This document shows positions 51,001-57,086 of a stretch of 64,000 nucleotides of DNA, piece by piece (positions within the stretch are counted from its first letter, which is position 1; the number at the start of each line of letters is the position of its first letter). Below the pieces are notes generated by a model. The model worked only from the letters and a program-made list of their open reading frames with translations, was not told the origin of the DNA and searched no databases. Source of the DNA: an uncultured Bacteroidia bacterium (lineage in GTDB: Bacteria > Bacteroidota > Bacteroidia > Bacteroidales > CAJPTX01); assembly GCA_965240855.1 (NCBI GenBank), contig CBDEMG010000060.1, positions 8,006 through 72,005 on the forward strand, in the 5' to 3' direction. Made by a program: the position numbers and the translations under genes.

Positions 51001-51159
51001 ACCATCAAACAGCGACAAATATTCCGCCACAGCATCCGAGTTGATCTGTTGCTTCAGAAATGCTTCTACATATTCCCGCTCACTTACGCCGAGCCCCTCA
51101 TCCTGCTTTGCAATAATCGCAAAAAGCTGCATGAGAGCTTTTAGTATCTCCTCACTCAT
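48019..51159 (-). CDS. ABCG-type (NBD-then-ABC-2 TMD) transporter with a TerB/DjlA-like N-terminal domain, a beta-rich linker domain and a long C-terminal extension
   Basis: 1046 aa with Walker A GIMGASGAGKTTLLNVLSG, signature ISGGQRKRLNIALELI and Walker B ILFVDEPTSGLSS. Six predicted TM helices follow. A roughly 280-aa extension ends in one more TM (WFDLVILWLMSCFLYLSL). Confidence 0.85.
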   Translation of the reverse strand: MSEEILKALMQLFAIIAKQDEGLGVSEREYVEAFLKQQINSDAVAEYLSLFDGYVNDDKGGSGKLTSVKDSVRILGICKKINKTLTQKQKVVVLVRLFELVSAEGKFSEQRMAIINTVSEVFKVEPEEFADIEGFVLSKDLSSLQNSAILLIHAQERQHEHTDTEAGHCKEIRVDALDRPLAILRIKSEDLYFLRYTGNEDLYLNGLSIHNRRIYLFASGSSIKLPKGKPIYYTDVVSHFMVDLSLTPISYVVDNISYRFPNGALGLRDISFAEEHGRLVGIMGASGAGKTTLLNVLSGSSLPSGGQVRINGLDLYKDKEHLEGTIGVIPQDDLLIEELTVFQNLYYSAKLCFRDKSEQELTELVNKTLASLGLLERKDLKVGSPLNKMISGGQRKRLNIALELIREPSILFVDEPTSGLSSRDSENVMDLLRELTLKGKLIFVVIHQPSSEIYKMFDDMLILDTGGYLVYWGNPVEAVMYFKKADAQVNSDVGECPTCGNVNPELIFNIIESHVVDEFGRYTPKRKVTPQRWEEIFREQKQQVHVIEEAVPPPKSLNIPSRFKQFLIYTARDFRSKISNTQYIILNLLETPILAFILAYVIRYIPDPNSSVYVFRENENIPIYIFMSLIVALFIGLTVSAEEIFKDRKILKREQYLNLSRTSYLFSKIFILLVLSAIQTLSFVLIANSILVLRGLNLEYWLILFSTAVCANLIGLNISATFNSAVTIYIVIPLLMIPMMVLSGAMFSFEKLNRAVGSFDRVPIIAEFMPTKWGYEALVVAQFKDNAFQRNFYDMEKGERNANYKTVYLLPELQKRAEYCVENWDKRDTVAVAEKMRDALAVLHRSLEREHDVEAPEIEFPYIRQLSYDSITEEALFATIGYIDQLQKKYAKIFGEKNKQRDAIVSHLMSTNPQLYEAKRAAYHNESVADLAQKVFEKNKILQFKDQLVQQYDPIYRDPIPTSYFDIGAHFLAPRKHFMGHYFDTYWFDLVILWLMSCFLYLSLHWELLRRIGNLFAILQRLFSRLNNSFARVHHRRIVSVEKKGK

Positions 51160-51225
51160 ACAAACTTAAGTCTCAATTTCTATGCGTCCTATTTATCGCT
51201 CTTCTATGCTTCTAGCCAAGAACTC

Positions 51226-51606
51226 CTATAAATCGTAAGCGACCTGCTCGAACGGAATCTCTACAATCTCTGCATACTCCTCTCCTGCGTCCTTCATATC
51301 CTCATCATCCTCTGGATAACACCACTTAATTAGCACATTGTGACCCGCTTCGTGTATCTCTCCAAGTTTCATCAAGATATCCAGCAATAACTTCGAACTC
51401 GCCGTATTAAAATACACAAGCTTAAATGTAAATACCGTCTCAGGGTTCGGGTTTGCCGCATAGTCGTCCAACCAAGATAAGATCGGTGCGTAAAATGCCG
51501 TCACATCCTCTGGCAAGGATCGCCCAGAGATCTCGAACAAACCCTTCTCAGCTTCTAACGTCACGGTAGGCGTATCGTCCGTACCCTGTATCTTGATTAC
51601 CTCCAT
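51226..51606 (-). CDS. SiaC-family (DUF1987) regulatory phosphoprotein
   Basis: 126 aa. GTDDTPTVTLEAEKGLFEISGRSLPED, FYAPILSWL and VYFNTASSKLL match the DUF1987 pattern, including the YFNT phospho-Thr context of P. aeruginosa SiaC. Confidence 0.8.
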   Translation of the reverse strand: MEVIKIQGTDDTPTVTLEAEKGLFEISGRSLPEDVTAFYAPILSWLDDYAANPNPETVFTFKLVYFNTASSKLLLDILMKLGEIHEAGHNVLIKWCYPEDDEDMKDAGEEYAEIVEIPFEQVAYDL

Positions 51607-51633
51607 CTTTTCTTCTACTCCTCTATGATTTAA

Positions 51634-52209
51634 TTATGATTTACGTAGCAATTTCACCTTCAACATATAAAAATGCCGATCACCGCCCAAGGGCAAAAAA
51701 CGATAATCTATCTCCTGAGCCTTACGAGCCATATCTATAAAACCTAAACCCGCCCCTCCTTTATCTGAGATCTCATTGCCTCGCAAACTCGCTCGATGCA
51801 TCGCTTTTAACTCTTCATCATTCGCATTCTTCAAACGCTCAAGCCGCGATTCCATCTCTGGGACTCGATTACTCAAGACCGCATTCCCAACCAAGAGATA
51901 ATAACAATCCTGTGTACGAATCAACATCACAACGCCTCGACCACTGTACATCGAACACCGCTCCCCATGCAACGGATCCGCATGTTTCATTATATTCTGA
52001 AGCCCCTCTACCAAGATGTGAAACAACTGCTTCTGAACCTTAGCATCCTCGCCCGATTTTACAATCTCTAACTCAATCAACCCTGTCAATGCTAATATCA
52101 GCGACTGAGAGACTTCTCCCTCATATGCCAGCATCACTTCGCCTCCACCTAGGGCATGATACTCTTCCTCTACATATTGTAAATAACTACTTATGCTCGA
52201 TTCTGACAT
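51634..52209 (-). CDS. SiaB-family protein kinase (GHKL/anti-sigma-kinase-like)
   Basis: 191 aa with FHILVEGLQNIMKH (N-box-like) and KGGAGLGFIDMARK (G2-box). Size and order next to a DUF1987 gene fit SiaB. Confidence 0.75.
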   Translation of the reverse strand: MSESSISSYLQYVEEEYHALGGGEVMLAYEGEVSQSLILALTGLIELEIVKSGEDAKVQKQLFHILVEGLQNIMKHADPLHGERCSMYSGRGVVMLIRTQDCYYLLVGNAVLSNRVPEMESRLERLKNANDEELKAMHRASLRGNEISDKGGAGLGFIDMARKAQEIDYRFLPLGGDRHFYMLKVKLLRKS

Positions 52210-52248
52210 TGTGCTCTCTCTCCTACACGTTCGTTCTTCTATACTCCT

Positions 52249-54882
52249 CTAAAACTCTATTCCGATCAACAAGACATCGTCCATCTGTCGCCACGTGCCG
52301 CGATGCTGCAAAAAGTCTTCTTCTATAAATTGTGCCAACCGCTGCATAGATAATTTACGCTGTTCCAATAATACTTCACGAATATGCTGCGGACTATATT
52401 TCTTCTGCCCATTCTCCCCGCCCTGCTGATCGGGCAACCCATCTGAGAAGAAAAAGATCCGATCTCCAACATGCAAATCTATACTATAGTTAGTGAACTC
52501 TCCTTCGGCTTTACGGGGATTAGGAATTCCACCTATCGCGCGCCTATCGCCTTTAAACTCTTCCAACTCCGCCTCTCGCACCATATAAAGAGGGCGGTGA
52601 GCACCTGCATATTCCATATGCATCCGCTTCAAGTCTATCTTACAGAGTGCAATATCCATTCCATCTCGGGCATCCGCATCCGCGCGCTCCTGCCGGAGAG
52701 TCTTACGGACTCCTGCATGCAACAAATCTAAAACCTTCCCTGCACTATACGACGAATCGTGATCCACTACATTGTTTAACGTAAAAAATCCTATAAATGA
52801 TAACAATGCGCCTGGCACACCATGTCCCGTACAATCCACCGCTGCTATGTAAAGGTACTCATCTTTTACAAAGAACCATGGGAAATCGCCACTCACCACA
52901 TCCCGAGGACGATAGTACATAAACGACTTCGGGAAATACTGCTGTATCAATTTTGTGTCAGGTAAAATCGAGGTCTGTATGCGTTTAGCATAATTGATAC
53001 TCTCTTGAATCTTGTGATTCTTCTCTTGAATCTCATTCTCTATCCGCTTGGCCTCGGTCACATCATGACCTACCAACAAAATCGTTTCGAGCCCACCATC
53101 CTCAAACTCAGGTATTGCCAAAAGTTTTACGATCAACTTCTCGTCATCCCGAACGATCGATACCTCGCCTTCCCATTTCTCCTGCGTAGAGACGACAGCA
53201 TTTATCGCTGTTTGTAAACTCTCGCGCAATACTTCTGGCATACCAACCTCTGCTAGATTCTTGTCGACCACCTCTGCTACGGGAACTCCAAAATACCGAG
53301 CTACTATAGGATTGGCATAAAAAAATTGACCCTCTGGATTCAAACGCACAATCATATCGACAGAGTTCTCCGAGAGAGATTGCATCTTACTCTTCATACG
53401 CTCTTCCTTCTCGGCGCGTACCCGCTCTGTAATATCTCGCGAATTCAAGATTATTCCACGGATCGCACTGTCGTCCAACATATTACGCCCCGTTACCTCC
53501 ATCGAAACTTTTACACCATCCTTCTTCATAAAGATGTACTGAAATGTAACAGAGGTATGCGGAGTCTCTATTAGTGTGTCAAACATCTTATGTAAAACTC
53601 GCAACCCCTCCTGTGTCAGACGTTCACGATCCTTCCCATCGATCATCTCTTGGGGCGAATATCCCAAGATCTTTGTCACAGACGGACTTATATAGGATAT
53701 CTTCTGCGATTTATCGTAGATTGTTATCACCTCGCTCGCATTCTCTAGCAACGAGTGTAAACGTTTTTGAGCATTCTCGGCCTCATCTATTTTTGCCTCT
53801 AACTGCACATTCGAGCGTTCCAACTCCTCGTGCGTCTTCTGCATTTCCTCTGCATTTTGACGTAGCAAGTCCTCATTCGCTCGAAGTTCGCGAGTCATTT
53901 GTTGCGCTTCATGCAACAAAGCTTCGGTTTTCTGACTTATACGGAGATTGAATATTACTCTAGCTACAGTCTCACCTACCTCTTCTAGGAAATGTATCTC
54001 TCGCTCACTAAAATCCTCACTCAACGAAGCAAACTCTATCACCCCTTGTAAGCGTTCGTCTGTTATTAATGGAACAAGCAAAATACTCTTCGGGCGTGCA
54101 TCGCCCAAGATCCCAGAGGTTATCGTAAAATAATTGTCTGGAATCTCTGTCCTATGTATGATACCACGTTCGTAAGCACACTGACCAACTAACCCCTCGC
54201 CCAAAGCAAATTCCAAACTATTTTTTTTCTCTCTATTATAAGCATACGTTGCCAAACCAAACAACCGCTCTTTTTCCTCATCATAGAGAAATAAGCCACC
54301 CTGTACGACATTAATATATGCCACGAGTTTCTTCAGCACCTCATAGCCCAATTCCTGCAAATTAGTATACATTCGCAGAATATAGGCCACCTCATCCTTG
54401 CCGCGCGAGACCCACGAATGCTCATTCTCCTTCTGCGTATTCGCTAGTAAATTATCTCGCATCCGAAGCAACGAACGTCCTAGGCGATCATGCTCCCCAT
54501 CCTTTAGCTCTAGGGTAGCATCGTAGCGACCATCCCCTATCGCCGTCGCAAAATCTGCCTTCTCTTCAATACTCTGATTTTGCGCAATATTGCTGGCTTC
54601 GAGATCGCCTATCAAATTCGTATTGCGCGACTGTATGAAAAGGTAACCAAAACCTACAATGAGGGGAAACAAATCTGTCAAAAACAATATTGGCTGTTTC
54701 GCATGCAAGGCTGCAAGCGACGAGAATGCGAATTCGCCTCGTAGAGCCTCTGCTGCAAAAATCCAACACAAAACATCCAAAAAACAACTCAAACAAAACA
54801 AGAAGATCGCGATCCCGATCTCTCGCTTGCGTAAACGCCACCGCCAGAACTTTAAGTCCGACCATATCGTTGTATTACCCAT
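52249..54882 (-). CDS. Membrane-anchored GAF - coiled coil - PAS - PAS - PP2C (SpoIIE/RsbU/SiaA-type) Ser/Thr phosphatase
   Basis: 877 aa with two N-terminal TM helices and a HAMP-like DRLGRSLLRMRDNL segment. The GAF domain contains VQGGLFLY...GEGLVGQC. The coil is RQNAEEMQKTHEEL. Two PAS-like blocks precede the PP2C motifs SGDFPWF, AAVDCTGHGVPGA and FFFSDG. Confidence 0.85.
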   Translation of the reverse strand: MGNTTIWSDLKFWRWRLRKREIGIAIFLFCLSCFLDVLCWIFAAEALRGEFAFSSLAALHAKQPILFLTDLFPLIVGFGYLFIQSRNTNLIGDLEASNIAQNQSIEEKADFATAIGDGRYDATLELKDGEHDRLGRSLLRMRDNLLANTQKENEHSWVSRGKDEVAYILRMYTNLQELGYEVLKKLVAYINVVQGGLFLYDEEKERLFGLATYAYNREKKNSLEFALGEGLVGQCAYERGIIHRTEIPDNYFTITSGILGDARPKSILLVPLITDERLQGVIEFASLSEDFSEREIHFLEEVGETVARVIFNLRISQKTEALLHEAQQMTRELRANEDLLRQNAEEMQKTHEELERSNVQLEAKIDEAENAQKRLHSLLENASEVITIYDKSQKISYISPSVTKILGYSPQEMIDGKDRERLTQEGLRVLHKMFDTLIETPHTSVTFQYIFMKKDGVKVSMEVTGRNMLDDSAIRGIILNSRDITERVRAEKEERMKSKMQSLSENSVDMIVRLNPEGQFFYANPIVARYFGVPVAEVVDKNLAEVGMPEVLRESLQTAINAVVSTQEKWEGEVSIVRDDEKLIVKLLAIPEFEDGGLETILLVGHDVTEAKRIENEIQEKNHKIQESINYAKRIQTSILPDTKLIQQYFPKSFMYYRPRDVVSGDFPWFFVKDEYLYIAAVDCTGHGVPGALLSFIGFFTLNNVVDHDSSYSAGKVLDLLHAGVRKTLRQERADADARDGMDIALCKIDLKRMHMEYAGAHRPLYMVREAELEEFKGDRRAIGGIPNPRKAEGEFTNYSIDLHVGDRIFFFSDGLPDQQGGENGQKKYSPQHIREVLLEQRKLSMQRLAQFIEEDFLQHRGTWRQMDDVLLIGIEF

Positions 54883-55671
54883 TTACGCCTTCTTCTTTTC
54901 TAATTCTATCGCCATACGTTCTGTTAAACGAAGCAGTAATTCACGGTCGTTCTCTTCCAGAGTTTTAACAAAAGCTAATTCAAATATTCCTCGCACAATT
55001 CCATCACTCATTTTCACAGGAATGAGATACAAGCTACACGGCTTAGAACTCCCTGTTCCCGAGGCTACCAGTATTGTTTCGCTCGCAACATTATCAATAC
55101 ATAATGGTTCGCCCTCTTTTACCACCTGCCCAAGGAGCGTCTCACCACTTACAAACTCTAGATCTGCATGCTCACTGTAATATGCATAATGCGAACGTAT
55201 ACGGTATACGTCATCCTCCCCACGCATAAATAACAATCCTTGCATTAGTTGCCACTCTTTGCCCACTAACAAGAAATAAGAGTCGACATAGGCTTCAAAA
55301 GATTCGCCTTGTATTGCCATACTCAAATCGGCAAGCTGTTGTTCACGATTGCGTGTATCTACCTTACCTTGTTCCTTTTCAGCGAGGAGTGCTTTAAGCT
55401 GTCGCTCGAGATCATCTTTTTGTTCGGAAAGCTTCTGCACCATTGCCTCACATTGAGTGCGTCTACGAATCTCTACCCAGATTACTTGTATCTGAAAAAT
55501 CAATAAAAAATTAAGTGACAAACTCAATAGGATGATTCCTAAATATCCAACAGTAATTCCCTGATCCTGCGAATAGGCTAGTAGTACAATCCCCCCACTT
55601 ATCAAGAACGAGAGACTCAATAATAGTAATTGTCGGATACTGCGCAAACGCTGCACTTCGCTCTTACTCAT
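54883..55671 (-). CDS. Small membrane protein: 2 TM - coiled coil - GAF-like domain
   Basis: 262 aa with two TM helices (aa about 15-65). The coil is EAMVQKLSEQKDDLERQLKALLAEKE. The GAF-like C-terminus reads LMQGLLFMR...GETLLGQVV...IFELAF. Zero-nt spacing to the phosphatase gene. Confidence 0.7.
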   Translation of the reverse strand: MSKSEVQRLRSIRQLLLLSLSFLISGGIVLLAYSQDQGITVGYLGIILLSLSLNFLLIFQIQVIWVEIRRRTQCEAMVQKLSEQKDDLERQLKALLAEKEQGKVDTRNREQQLADLSMAIQGESFEAYVDSYFLLVGKEWQLMQGLLFMRGEDDVYRIRSHYAYYSEHADLEFVSGETLLGQVVKEGEPLCIDNVASETILVASGTGSSKPCSLYLIPVKMSDGIVRGIFELAFVKTLEENDRELLLRLTERMAIELEKKKA

Positions 55672-55674
55672 CTG

Positions 55675-56244
55675 TTACGACCTTAAATCTTCAAGATATC
55701 TTATAATCTCTGCGGTTGAGAATATTCCATCCACCTCGGTTTGTTGAAGCGAGGCTTCTGTCATTGTTGCAACCTCACACTCCTTAGGGTCTTGTACTAA
55801 CGCAGCGCCCCCCATACGCTTTATACGCTGTAGGCCGAGCGCGCCATCTCTATTTGCTCCAGAGAGTATTATCCCCAATGCATGCTCACGATAGACTCGT
55901 GCTACAGAAAAGAAAGTGAGATCTATCGATGGACGAGAGTGGTTAACGACCTCCTCGGTAGACAACGAAAACCGGTTACCTAATTCTACATACAAATGAT
56001 AGTTTGCTGGAGCTAGATAGGCGACGCCATTCCGGATTGCTTCCTTATCTCGAGGCTCTACTACAGGAATAGAGGAACGCAACCCCAAGGCCTCGTCAAA
56101 ACCAGAGCGAACATGTTTCAGACGATGTAAGCACAGCACTACAGGCAACGGATAGTCTGCAGAGAGCGACTTCAAAATCTGAATCACTACCCGAAAACTC
56201 CCCGCCGAACCGCCAATCACAATTACTTTATACCGAGATCCCAC
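55675..56244 (-). CDS. cheB: CheB-type protein-glutamate methylesterase, catalytic domain only (no receiver domain)
   Basis: 189 aa with a GTG start overlapping the upstream stop (TAGTG). Ser/His/Asp contexts are VIGGSAGS, LCLHR and SGANRDGALG. Confidence 0.8.
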   Translation of the reverse strand: MGSRYKVIVIGGSAGSFRVVIQILKSLSADYPLPVVLCLHRLKHVRSGFDEALGLRSSIPVVEPRDKEAIRNGVAYLAPANYHLYVELGNRFSLSTEEVVNHSRPSIDLTFFSVARVYREHALGIILSGANRDGALGLQRIKRMGGAALVQDPKECEVATMTEASLQQTEVDGIFSTAEIIRYLEDLRS

Positions 56245-57086
56245 TACAATCGTTTCCTATAAAGACTCTCCTCACTATTGAGTACTGTAAATGTACTACC
56301 ATTCTGATAACTTTCCAAGCTCTCCTTTGTCCCGAGTGCTATTACTCCTCCGCCATACAAACTCTCAAAAAGAACACTCATGTTACGTGTTCCCAATTGC
56401 GGGTTAAAGTATAAAAACTGGTTGCGACACAGAATGAGATGGTACTTCTCATCACTCAACTTCTGATATTCTGGACCTTGACGCAAAAAGGTGACTCCCT
56501 GCATATATTCGATTTTAAAACTAGGGGTTTCCTCATTACAACTTACATATTGTTCGTAAGGCGTCGTGAGTGATAAACGCTGATAGTTTGCCTCATCTAT
56601 TTCTCTACGGCGAGCTGGTAATACTCCACTCTTTATGCGAGAGAGCACCGACTTGCTTAAATAGACCGACGAAATGCTCACTTTGTTCAATAAACCAAGC
56701 TCACTGAGCATCACCAACAACGAATACAACTCCTCGCCTGTATCGAAGGCCGCCTGTAGAATTCTCACTCTTATCTGTTGTGCAACGAAAGGTCGAAGGA
56801 TCGCATCACGAAGATGTAACCAAAAAGAAGGATCACGAAAAAGTTCCGTGGTTGGTGGTTGTAACTCTTCTATAAAACGCATATAGAAATCTTCGTCGCC
56901 GCCAGCAAGCACTGTACACAAATTTTCCGTCTGTCGAATCCCCATACGAGACATCGCTAAGGCGAAACGACGCCCTAGAATCCCCAGATTAAAATCCGAG
57001 AAATTATCGCCATGTCCTTGCTGTATTGCAGCAATTACAGATCGAGTCTCTTTGATCCCGAGATCCAAAACCTCCGAACTATACAT
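56244..57086 (-). CDS. CheR-like methyltransferase paralog with divergent SAM-binding motifs
   Basis: The track ORF extends to 57128. ATG 57086, preceded by AGGAGGGAG, overlaps the upstream stop by 8 nt. It retains TTELFRDPSFW and LILCRNQFLYF. It has LQAAFDTGEE in place of AGCSTGEE and SSVYLS in place of A-T/S-D-I. Confidence 0.7.
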   Translation of the reverse strand: MYSSEVLDLGIKETRSVIAAIQQGHGDNFSDFNLGILGRRFALAMSRMGIRQTENLCTVLAGGDEDFYMRFIEELQPPTTELFRDPSFWLHLRDAILRPFVAQQIRVRILQAAFDTGEELYSLLVMLSELGLLNKVSISSVYLSKSVLSRIKSGVLPARRREIDEANYQRLSLTTPYEQYVSCNEETPSFKIEYMQGVTFLRQGPEYQKLSDEKYHLILCRNQFLYFNPQLGTRNMSVLFESLYGGGVIALGTKESLESYQNGSTFTVLNSEESLYRKRL

